Source of the DNA: Heptranchias perlo
Taxonomy: Eukaryota
Assembly: GCF_035084215.1 (NCBI RefSeq)
Contig: NC_090331.1
Location: 74,400,001-74,464,000 of the forward strand
Direction: 5' to 3'
Length of the DNA: 64,000 nucleotides
Positions 37,062 through 48,714 of this stretch are shown here, in pieces (the stretch's first letter is position 1; each line of letters starts with the position of its first letter). The translations under genes were made by a program, and so were the position numbers. A model generated the notes under the pieces. The model was not told the DNA's origin, did no database searches, and was given only the letters and a program-made list of their open reading frames with translations.

Positions 37062-38999
37062 GTGGCCTTCTCACTAACATTGGTCTACCAAAGCCCAAAG
37101 CAAGCTCCAACAACAAAATCATCTTTCTCCAAGGCGTCTTTCACCTCTGTGGCCTAAAGATAGGCTTTAGATTTAACCTCACTTCTTAGATTTAGCCTGC
37201 TTCAGTCTTATACATGACCCTAGGTTTTCTAGTAAGGCAGTACTTGCTAAACTACATCAGCCCCAAGATGCAGTCATGCAGATGAGAACTGGTACAGCCA
37301 TTTTGGACCACAAAGAACAGGACAGAACCTGAATGCAACAGGTGCAGTATCGTCTATTGCACATTTACAACTCCAGGCTTGTACAGATTTGATCCTACAG
37401 CCGTTCTTCACTACAACACTCTGGTTCACTTGTGACATTTAGTGCTGCTCAGGAAGTTCTCATTACATAGTTCTCAACAACTGAGAGAATAGGACCCAAC
37501 AGCCTTAATCCAGTCATGTGGCCAGGATTTCTAACATTCACAATGGAAGCTATGTAGTTCTAAACCATCTGCAATGAAAAAAGTGAATAAATCTGCCAGC
37601 CTTGGCCAAAGTGCAACAGTATGTGAACAGTGTGAAGTGAATATTTCTAGATTACTTCTTGAAATAAATACATCTACGGCATATTCTGCCATTTAGAAGT
37701 ACCGCATTAACATTCTAGACATCACACACTCCTGCACATATCTGGATCACAAATCTGCAGCCAAAATGTCTACTGCTTAATTGACCTTCTGGCAAAGGCA
37801 GGATACTTAGTTTCCCCCTGACTGGTCAATGACTGGACAATTCATTTCAGGAATACAGAGAAATTATATGTTGTATCCTTAAAGGGATGCACTTCTACAC
37901 TCCGTCTCTAAATGCACTACAGGCTTTGTTTATGTCCTTGTAAATGTGCATATACAATCTTAAGTCACAGTAGATGTATAGTTACATACCTTTTACAAGT
38001 GGAGTGTCACACTTCAGATTTAAAACGACCCTACAAGGAGAAGAGAGGATTAAGTGAGAGAAGCTCAGGATTTATCACCAGCAGCCAAGCTATGTCGAAA
38101 GAATTGCCTTCTGTTGAGCACAGCATGTGCCAAAGAATTAGACTGTTATTCACCTCAGGAAGTCCATAGTTACAACAATTAGACTTTCAGTCCTTCAAGG
38201 TGACAACCGAAATTAAACACACTTGCACTTCAGGAGAATATATTTTGCAGGTGTAGCCCTCAACCTTACAAGGCAGCACATCATCCGACTTACCGTACGC
38301 ATTGCCATGGGAGGCTTGCTCATAACCTCTCCCCATTTTCCTATTTGAATCTCAGGTGCTGCGAACTGCAACCCAGCCAGCCTGTTCGTCAGGAGCAACA
38401 TTATAAACAGTACTATTAACTTGAGTTAGGGGAGCGGAATGTCAGTTCACAGTTTTGAATGCTCAGATCACCAAGTCTGATTGTTAAATCATTGGTATTG
38501 TACTGAAGAGGACACGAGGTACCTGGTGTTTGAGTTGGCCAGTCACCACAAGGGGAAAGGAAGAAGTGGAAGCCTTGGACTTGTGGCTGCAAGGTGATTG
38601 CTTTCTCTGCTTGACTACCCCACCAATATTTGCTACTGTAGTATTTGCTACTAAAGATTTTTTTTTAATTCAGCAATCAAGGTTAAAGAGAAAGGCCCAT
38701 AGTTCAAAACAGCAAAGGAGAAAAGGTGAGACAATCAGGATAGAAGAAGTGGGTGACACCACTCATCCACTTTTAACAGCCTGAAGATTGTAGGAAGAAA
38801 GGAAGACTGCAACTAAGCAGTTTCATGGTTGAGCTCCTGGGGAAAAGGAAAAGGTGGCAATGAGATAATGGTACATTTCAACCTGGCAAGGATGTAGTGA
38901 GCAACACAAGTTGTGGGGGGGTGCAGACAGTACAGACAGCAGATATTGGGGAGCTTGGAACAGGACAGTCCAGACAAGACCTGATATCAATAAAAGAGA

Positions 39000-39830
39000 A
39001 GAGGTTATGTTAAGGAGCCTGGAAATGGGAAAGGTCCACCTAGCACGTATTTAGATCTACCTAAATATTGCACACAGTATGGAATTCTGATAGCCTCCTA
39101 TAAAAGAGGATGTCTATGTATTCTTAACAAGAAAAGCTACATTTAGTACAGAAGAGGAAACAGCTTTAGCAATACAGGTGTAGATGAGTGTGTGAGAGAG
39201 AGAGAGAGACAGAAAAAGAGCGTTTCATGCAATCTAAAGGCAGCCAGTGCACAAAAATTCATGAGGATTAGGGACGTGTGCAGGGTGCCAGCGATATAAG
39301 CAAGGAACAAAATGGGAGAGGAGATATCTTTCGGAGACAACTGAATTAATGGGAATTGAAATAGGAGCCAACAATTACAGCAGAGAGCAATAAGAAGAAG
39401 TTATATAACCAAGTTCATAATTTTCGGGAAAGGTCATTTAATGGTAGAAGAACATTACAACAGACTTTGTCAAAAGATTCTGGGAGCTATCCAAGGCAAT
39501 GATAGATGATTTACCCAAATGTCAAAAGTTGAATCAGTGGACAAACATAGGCAACAAGATCACTAGTGCAAATGTCATGACAAACACCATACTGGTGACA
39601 TGGAGTAGCCAAGAACTTTCAAGGCGATGAATGATTTGAGCACTAACAGCAGTCTCCATAATACAAAATTCCCATGTACAGCCAATATTGTAGCAACAGG
39701 GCTGCAATCAGAAAGGTTTCTGAAAAAGTGAACACAAGCAAAGTTTCAAAAACAAAGAAAGGTTGACTTGGGCAATAATGACTTAAGACATGGTTCAGTT
39801 TGGAGACAAGCATCTGGAGGGGTATAAGAA
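39000..39830 (+). mobile_element. Possible heavily decayed Gypsy-type integrase remnant
   Basis: TCAGCQRYK at about 39273-39300 (CxxCQ of the integrase zinc finger), followed by faint NG.VER- and TPH..TG..P.EL-like traces; read by eye only. Confidence 0.3.
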
Positions 39831-40299
39831 TATCCCAGTTAACAATACACAGTAACTAAGGATTCATTGGTAATTCGGGCACATTAATCCATACAAAGCA
39901 TGTACAAAGGAGCACGTTTTAGATCACCTCAGTCTCTTAGGAACATCACCTTTTTTTTGCAGTCAGTCAATACAAAAGTGTTCTTGCCATGTTGAAATGT
40001 ACCATTATCTCATTGCCACCTTTTCCTTTTCCCCAGGACCTCAACTACTAAACTGTACCATCATGGCAGAATGGAGGATCACTTGAATTTGGATTCATAC
40101 TTTTGGAATCTGAAGTGTAACTTTCCAAGTGTTTGTGCCAAGGATTTTGGAACTGCCATTTTCATTTTGTATCAATAAAATTTATATCTTGGGTGTTTCG
40201 ATGGGAAATCTCTTTACGTTTTTCGGGGGAAGAAAAAGAGGGGCGGAGAAAGGATGTCAGGGAGGCGAGGCATGCCAGCTCGCACTCCCCACCACCTAA

Positions 40300-43050
40300 A
40301 ACCTAGATATCCAGGAAGAGATGAATTCACCTGGATTTGTCAGAAGAGTTCTTTCTTTATAGACTATGATTCACTATAGAGGCTGTGACAAGGCTATGTC
40401 ACATGCTGAAACCTGACCTCCAGCCAAACTCTACTACAGGGAAGGAACTGCCTGTGTCTGTCAAAGTCACCACAACATTTACCTCTGAAGGTCATTCCAG
40501 AGTGCTACAGGGGGAATCAGCAACCTGTAGTGTGCAGGTGTATCAAGCAAATCACCGATGTCATGTTTGCTAGAGCAAGCAATTTTATTACTTTTCCTCT
40601 GGACATCTGGCAGCAGCAGCAAGAGGGCACCACATTTTTTTTTGCAAATGGCAAGATTCCCCAAAACTAGCTTCTGAACACATTGGTTGCACATTCAAGA
40701 ACTGCAAGGGCTACCGTTCAAAAAGTGTACATCTCATTTGTGGCTATCAGCACAGGTTTGTATGGGCCAAGGCCCACTTTCCAGCCAGTAGTTAGGATCC
40801 TTTATTTGACCACAAAGAAGAGTTTGAGGTTATCTCTTAGAAAACCAAGGCTAACTTCTTGAGTCCTGGCTCATGAAATTTGTAAGACAGCTGTTGAGCA
40901 CAGATACAAGAAGGTGCATGCATCTGTAGGGATTGTTAGGAATGCTAGCACGATAGGTTGTATTATAAAAAATTCATTTTATGTTCAAGACTCCATTTTG
41001 TGGTTAAAGACAGTCACTCCAGAAATTTGTTGAATCAGGCAGGTATCTATAGAATGTCAACAAGACAGCCCAAATCTCCAAGGCCCCTTGCAAGGCTGAT
41101 ATCGAATGTGGTCATAAAAAAAGGTTCTAACCCTCTGGTAGATAATTCTATCTGTTTAATGACTGTATATTTATCTTTTCTGTATATGTAAGGAGGCATG
41201 ACAGCTTTAGTTATGTCTTGAGACCCACTGTAGAACTTTCATCCGCTGATACCAAATCTGTGGATTGATGAGCTAATGGTAGTTAATGCAAACCAAGAGT
41301 GAAATTCACGGAATGTAGGCCATGATGTAATGGCCTTTTTAGCTGAAGGATAAAAGTGAGACTAGTGTAACACAAAGTTAGGCCGGCCCTGGTCTGATCA
41401 CCTTGTTACTGAGCTCAGCAAAATCTCCCGCAGTCTTTGTGTGTTATCTGTGAGTATCATTTCCTCCAATAAATCTATAAGAGAAAAACTCTGTACCTAG
41501 CCCTCTCATTCCTTGCACAGAGACAACAGTTCCAAGCTTGTCTTTCTAGTATTTATCAACAGGGTCATTTCAGAACATACCATAAGCATGTTGAAGCAGC
41601 ACTGTTAGATGCCTTGACAGATCAGGAGGTGTTCTACAATCCAGCCCGGTCTTTTGGATCATTGTAGTTTGCTGCATAACTTTGGCATCCAATGAGACAT
41701 AACTATGGAGCATCCAGAAAAAGAAGTTAATCAACGGTAACAAAAAAAGGTGAACAAGATGAGCAGGAGCAACTAGAAGATTCTGCAGCTGAAGCTGTAC
41801 ACCAAGCCCTCATAGGCAACACTAAGTCCTCTGTCTGCCCTATGCGTCTACAATCCTCCCCACATCTTCACCATACCTTGATTAAATACACATACATCTA
41901 CAGAGCCTTTAGTTGCAAATAAACTCCCAATGTACTGATTCTTGTTACCTCATGATACATTATCCAATACCAAATCAAGAAAAATTTCAATAGAAAACTT
42001 GAATTTCCAATCAACTAAATTTTATTTTCTTCAACGTGAAGTATACGTGTACCTAGCTTTTTTCACTCTAATGCTTCTTCCAGTGTATGATTTGTGCAAT
42101 CTAAAACCTAATGCTCTTTGTAGATGATTCCCAGTGGCAAGAATAAATAAGGTGGCTTGCTGCTCTGTGTCCATGAGACACTCTTGGGATTGAGATCCTT
42201 GACCTCTGTGAACTTTGTTCTGAGATGACCCAACTACTGGCTGCCCCATTTCTGCAGCCTCAGTGGCTTTCTGCTACACCTGCAGCCATTGGAGCAGGTA
42301 AGCAGGGTGTTCCTGATGTTTTGTCATCCTGAGAGGCAGTACCATCATCAATGCCCTTTCCATCAATGCCCATGCTGCTGGCTGCTATCCCACCATGCCC
42401 ATTGCCCAGCTTGAAACAGACCTCAGGACACCAATCAGACCAGTGATACCTAACCTTATGGATCTCTGTGCCCAATTCCCAAGCCTGTTGAAGGCAAAGG
42501 GGTGCCCTATTCCATGTGAACTCTATTGTAGCAGTCTGAGCATTCACCAGAGATGCTGCAATGTGCCCTAGGTTTCTGATAGAGGGTGCTGCCCTGTAGA
42601 TATCCCTGGAGCTTACTTGTGCTGACCCTGCAAGATTGCAGGATTGCAAATCTGTCCTAGATTGCTGCACAGATGTGGGTAGTAGACCCAGCCAAATTAG
42701 CCCTCAGGTGGGCAGGCATCCTCTCCAATCACTGTATCAATAATCTGTATTCAGAAAGGACCTTTCTTTTAAACAGCAGCCTTTTGAGATTGGAATCCTT
42801 GGGCTCAACAACCAAGGATGGACAGCAGGTGGTCCTCCACACAACAGGCTCCTGTTCCTCCTCTGCCACCATCATCTGCTCCTGCTCAGCTGTTCTCTGT
42901 GCAGCTCCCTCCTGTAACTCTATGATTTCCCTAAAGAGAATGTACCCGAGATAGTGCTGACACAGGTAGGATGGGTCATGCTGGTTGCTGTGAGGTGTTT
43001 GGCATTTCCTGGCCCTGTTCCTACTGTAATGTTCTGGGGCTCAGCACAGA
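40300..43050 (+). mobile_element. Decayed Harbinger transposon (HARBI1-like transposase on plus; probable partner-gene remnants on minus)
   Basis: LCHMLKPDLQP..LPVSVKVT (ORF 40385), EHRYKKVHAS near 40897-40926, then EHTISMLK..RCLDRSGGVLQ.SP near 41571-41647. Confidence 0.75.
40934..41561 (+). mobile_element. Probable solo LTR (628 bp) inserted into the Harbinger transposase
   Basis: TGTT..AACA termini with imperfect inverted repeat (tgttaggaatgctag / ctagtatttatcaaca), AATAAA at 41468, flanks ggat/gggt; transposase similarity resumes after it. Confidence 0.65.
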
Positions 43051-43599
43051 AATAGAAGAGGAACATATATTAGACTGCAGTCATTATACAACTCTTCAGT
43101 TATAGCTTATATGAAAATGTACTGAGATATTGAGCTTCATGGAATGCTTTGACGCTGGAAGGGGCGAAGGGTGCAGGGTGGTGGTGAGAAGAATGGACCT
43201 GAGAATAAAGAAAGCACTTGCATTTATATAGGATGCCCCAGAGTGCTTCACAACCAATGAATTACTATTTTTTAAGTGCAGTCACTGTTGTTTTGTAGGT
43301 AATGGATGGTACTAACTGTATGCCTGGGGGTAGCTTCTGACTTCTCACTCCCCACTTCTTCAAAGCCTTGGGGAAGGGAACAATTTAGAGAATAGCTTCT
43401 TCAAAATTTGTTAATGGATAGAAATTCATGGGGATTTTATTAAATAATGCAAAATATACCAGCTTATCAAAATACAGAATTGGTAAGCTATCAATTGGTA
43501 AGAACTATTTGGAAGAATGATGCAAAATACACTATAACCAAATGAATGAATATAAATTTATTACATAATATGGAATGTGAAATGTTATGCAAATTTACT

Positions 43600-45240
43600 T
43601 TCCTAAAGCTATATGTTGCTAACATGGGCAGGACATTAGAAGAAGAAATCAAAAATGATATAAAGATATTTAAGATAGAAAGGGGTGAGATAATTGATAA
43701 AACCCCTGGTCCAGATGGAGTGCATCTGCACATATTAAAAGAAGTTAGGGAAGAGGTAGCAGAGGCACTATTACATATATATAAAAACTCATTAGAAAAG
43801 GGAATAGTACCTGGCGGACAGCTAATGTGATTTCTATATTTAAAAAGGGAGATAGAACCAGTCCAGGGAACTACAGACCAATTAGCTCAACGTTGGTGGC
43901 AGGAAAGATAATGGAATATTTACACAAAGATGTAATAGAAAAACATCTAGAAACTGAAAATATAATAAAGAATAGTCAGCGCGGATTCCAAAAGGGAAGG
44001 TCATGCTTGACCAACCTTATTGAATTCTTTGAAGAAGTAACAGAAAGGATAGACAAGAGTAATGTAGTAGACGTAATATATTTAGATTTTCAAAAGGCCT
44101 TCGATAAGGTACCACGTAGTAGACTCATGATTATGGTCAGAGTATGTAGAATTAGGGGACGAGTAGTAGAATGGATAGCAAGCTAGCTACAAAACAGAAA
44201 ACAGAGCAGGGGTTCAAGATAGCTACTCAGACTGGCAAAAGGTAGGAAGTGGTATTTCACAAGGATCAGTGCCGGAACCTGTTGTTCGCCATTTACATAT
44301 GAGATTTGGACTCTGGAATTGGAAGTACAATTTCAAAATTTGCGGATGAAAGCAAATTGGGGGGTGCAGTTAATACCGAGGAGGACTGGGACAAAATACA
44401 GGAAGACATTAATAAACTTGAAGAATGGGCGTGTAATTGGCAAATTAATTTCAATATAGATAAGTGTGTGGTAGGAAGAATAAGGGGGTCACGTATTTCT
44501 TGGATAATAAGAGTCTAAATGGGGTAGAGGAGCAGAGGGATCGGGGGGGGTACAGATACACAAATCACTAAAAGTAGCGACACAGGCTAATAAGGCCATA
44601 AGAAAGCAAACCAAGCACCAGGATTCATTTCTAGAGGGATATAATTGAAATGCAGAGAACTTATGTTAAACTTGTATAGAACATTGGTTAGACCACACTT
44701 GGAGTACATTTCTGGTCTCAAATTACAACAAGGATATAGAGGCATAAGAGAGGGTGCAAAAAAGATTTACTAGGATGATACCAGAACTGAGAGGTTATAT
44801 CTATCAGGAAAGATTGAACTCTTTGACCTCTTTTTTCCAGAAAGGAGAAGACTGAGGGGTGACCTGATACAGGTCTTCAAGTTTATGAAAGGGTTTAATA
44901 GGGTAAACGTAGACAAGATGTGGGGGAGACAAGAACTAGGGGTCATAAATATAAGATAGTCACTGATAAATCCAATAGGGAATTCAGGAGAAACTTCTTT
45001 ACCCAGAGAGTGGTTGTGATGTGGAACTCGCTACCACAAGGAACAGTTGAGGCGACTAGCATAGGTGCATTTAAGGGGAAGCTAGATAAACACATGAGGG
45101 AGAAAGGAATGGAAGGATATGCTGATAGGGTTAGAGGAAGAAGGGAGGGAGGAGGCTCGTATACAGCATTAATACTGGCATGGACCTGTTGGGCCGAATG
45201 GCCTGTTTCTGTGCTCTACATTCTATATAATTCTATGTAA
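43600..45240 (+). mobile_element. 5'-truncated decayed CR1 LINE
   Basis: ORFs 43546-43830 (KTPGPDG), 43827-44186 (YLDFQKAFDKV), 44306-44518 (KFADE) and 44920-45240; tail ttctatataattctatg. Confidence 0.93.
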
Positions 45241-45911
45241 TAGCAGGTTAGCTGCATACAAATATTGCTACAAGCAGCCATCTTTAATACTGTACTTCAC
45301 TTTTACTGGATAACGAACATTGTAAAGCCTACATATTAATTCTTAAATTCATTGAACTCACATTTCTAGTGGAGGGCAATACTCAAAGAGAGCGTGGGTT
45401 AGAGAATTGGCACTATTGTGTTGTACTCCTTTTTTTGACCTGTGCTCCCTTTGGTATGTCTTCCCACTTGGAGCATAGGATTGATGAATTGAGCCTAATA
45501 TCTCTAAGTATTGTGCATGGTTTAAATCAGCCAATAGCTATTGCCTCTTAAATCCCATACCTCCACCTTTTGTCTTTCATCTAATCACATTCTTAGCATC
45601 ACTATCTTATTTGATTGTAACTGGAACTCCTACATCTCCCCTATTACGAAAGCAATCTCCCGAAAAAAAAATCCTTTTCCTTTTGCCAAACACTTCTTTT
45701 CCTGAATATCGCTCGCACATCAGGGGAGCCTCTTCTAGAATCTTTTTTGCACTCCTCAAGAGGACACACAAGACTAAGCTGCTCATCTCACAGATAATTC
45801 TTCTCTCACCTCTAGTCTCTTTTTCTCCATTGCAAACAGCCTCGTTGTTACCATTCTGGTCGTAGCTCCTCTGAACTCTCCTCTTTTGTTCCTCTTAAGC
45901 GCTAGAGATAG

Positions 45912-46093
45912 AGGGGATAATTTTCACTTTCAGTGCAGATGTAAAACTGGCGGTTGTGGATCACTTGTCGATTGTCATACAGCCTGCCGATTTTCCTTTG
46001 CATTGACTTCAGTGGAAAGGAAAACCAGGCATGTTGTAAAACAGGGGACCGATCCTCAAACACCAGCCTGCACAGGAAGTGGAAATTACCCCC
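45912..46093. mobile_element. Palindromic MITE (Harbinger-type hairpin element)
   Basis: TIR ggggataattttcactt / aagtggaaattacccc; inner arms ttttcctttgcattga / tcagtggaaaggaaaa around the centre cattgacttcagtg. Confidence 0.75.
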
Positions 46094-48359
46094 AGAGAGT
46101 TTTGTATATTTGAGTAATACTGTACAAGTTGTCAATTTGCTGACTGGAGGTTTCAGCCAAAAGCATATCACATTATTTACTTGGAGTGAGCAGCAGGATG
46201 GCGTTAAGGTGTTTACTAGGATTTAGGAGGGCTGTGCAGAGTTGGAAACTTCCTAGTCCTTCTGATGCCTTGTTACATCTAGGCTGGGTGGGATGACGAG
46301 GTAACTGGCAGGGCAGAGTGGGCACACAGGAAGGGAATCCATACGTTCTGGTATCTTGCCAGTTTCAAGTGAAGTCCACGTGATACTCATTTCAACTGAC
46401 AGATGTCCCCCAATTGTTTGCCCACAGTAGGGGAGACCAGCCTGCTCCATAATTAAAGTACACTTCTTCTCACCACTAGTGGAGAGGGCAGGGAAAGCCT
46501 GTATACTGCGGGTAGTCCTTATCCACTGGGCAGCTGGCTGGGCACACTTACCATGGAGATTGAGATCATTCATGGTTCTTATGGACTTTAGGGCATTTGT
46601 TCAGGAGGCAGGTGAGAACAATAATTGGCTTTTGGACAACCAACTTTTTCTTATATTCTGTCTGGGAACGGGGGATAGAGAGCAAGCACCTTTACAATAA
46701 TTCCAAGGAAATTGCTTCATTAAATAGGGTATATAGCATTCTGCCCCTGATAACAACCCAGTCCCTGTTTTTCAGACTAGATCCTCTGTCATAGTATGAG
46801 TTCTACAGTGAATATTTCAATGAGACAAGATTGATATTTCATAAAGATCCCTTCCAAGTTCATCATAGTATCCTAATCCCATTACTATGACTTTCCACTC
46901 CGAGGAGCTGACACTGCTAATCTTATTTATTCAGTTGTTTGAAACCTGGATGGCATTTCGGCCTGTCAAAAAGTTCAAAATAATTGGAATGCTGCAATTT
47001 TTAAGAGCATGATTCATGATTGGTAACAGATGCTTAAAGTAAATAGGAAATGGTAGATATTTTGCTAGTTCTTTTTGGATAAACAGAGATTTATAAATTT
47101 CTAATTGGATAGTTTAAATCAGCGAGAAGGAAACTGAACCTTTCATCCTATGTGTCTGACCTAGATTTGAACTTGGATTCTGGAGGTTAATCTATTGCCC
47201 TCAGATATTCATCCTTTTCTAACCAAATTTTATTCAAACTTTTAAACATTACATAAAAAGTTATAATGTAAAATGCTACAACAATGATTCCTCCCAATAC
47301 AAAGCAGAGATAAATTAATACAAATAGTTGCAGCATTAGTGGCAAATTGGTAGTGCAGTAATAAGGTCTAAGGCAGATGATTGATACAGGAGACTAGGCG
47401 TAACTGTCAAGATATAACAATGGCCCATATATAACGTGATGACTCTTCTTTTCAGATGCCATAATAAGGTTTCCATCTGTAACCAAGCTGCAGGATGGAA
47501 TCTAAAGCCACAACCTGGACAGACTGAAGGACAATCTCACTCCCCCTCCCCCCACCCCCAGAATTAGAGGGTGCAAGATGCCAGTCTTTATAGAATCATA
47601 GAATCGTTACAGCACAGAAGGAGGCCATTCGGCCTGTCGAGTCCGTGCTGGCCCTCTGCAAGAGCAATCCAGCTAGTCCCACTTCCCCGCCCTATCCCCT
47701 AGCCCTGCAATTTTTTTCCCTTCAAGTAGTTATCCAATTCCCTTTTGAAAGCCATGATTGAATCTGTCTCCACCACCCCCTCAGGCAGCGCATTCTAGAT
47801 CATAACCATTCGCGGAGTAAAAAAGTTTTTTCTCATGTCACCCATGGTTCTTTTGCCAATCACCTTAAATCTATGTCCTCTGGTTCTTGACCCCTCCACC
47901 AATGGGAACAGTTTCTCTCTATCTACACTGTCCAGACCCTTCATGATTTTGAATACCTCTATCAAATCTCCTATCAACCTCTCTGCTCTAAGGAAAACAA
48001 CCCCAGCTTCTCCAGTCTATGCACGTAACTGAAGTCGCTCATCCCTGGAATCGTTCTAGTAAAACTCTTCTGCACCCTCTCTAAGGCCTTCACATCTTTC
48101 CTGAAGTGCGGTGCCCAGAACTGGACACAATACTCCAGTTGTGGCCGAGCCAGTGTTTTATAAAGGTTCATCATAACCTTGCTTTTGTACTCCACGCCTC
48201 TATTTCTAAAGCCCAGGATCCCTTATGCTTTCTTAACCGCTTTCTCAAACCGCCCTGCAACCTTCAACTATTTGTGTACATATACCCCCAGATCTCTCTG
48301 TTCCTGCACCCCTAAACCCTTCAGTTTATGTTGCCTCTCCTCGTTCTTCTGACCAAAGC

Positions 48360-48534
48360 GTAACATTTTAGCGGAACATTTGGATAAACATAATTTAATA
48401 GGACAAAGTCAGCATGGCTTTACGAAGGGGAAGTCATGTCTGACAAATTTGCTTGAGTTCTTTGAGGATATAACGTACAGGGTGGATAAAGGGGAAACAG
48501 TGGACGTACTGTATTTGGACTTCCAGAAGGCATT
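48360..48534 (+). mobile_element. Short CR1 RT fragment in opposite orientation
   Basis: ORF 48380: HNLIGQSQHGFTKGKSCLTNLLEFFE..YLDFQKAF. Confidence 0.88.
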
Positions 48535-48714
48535 CTCTGTTTCCTATTACTTAGCCAATTTTGTATCCATGCTGCCACTGCCCACTTTGTTCCATGGGCT
48601 TCAACTTTGACGACAAGCATATTATGAGGCACTTTATCAAATGCATTTTGGGAGTCCACATACACCACATCAACCACATTACCCTCATCGACCATTTCTG
48701 TTACCTCATCAAAA

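Noticed and set aside
46552-46660. Minus-strand coding exon (acceptor near 46660, donor ATG|GTAAGT near 46551)
   Set aside because: All three frames contain stops and no partner exons were evident.
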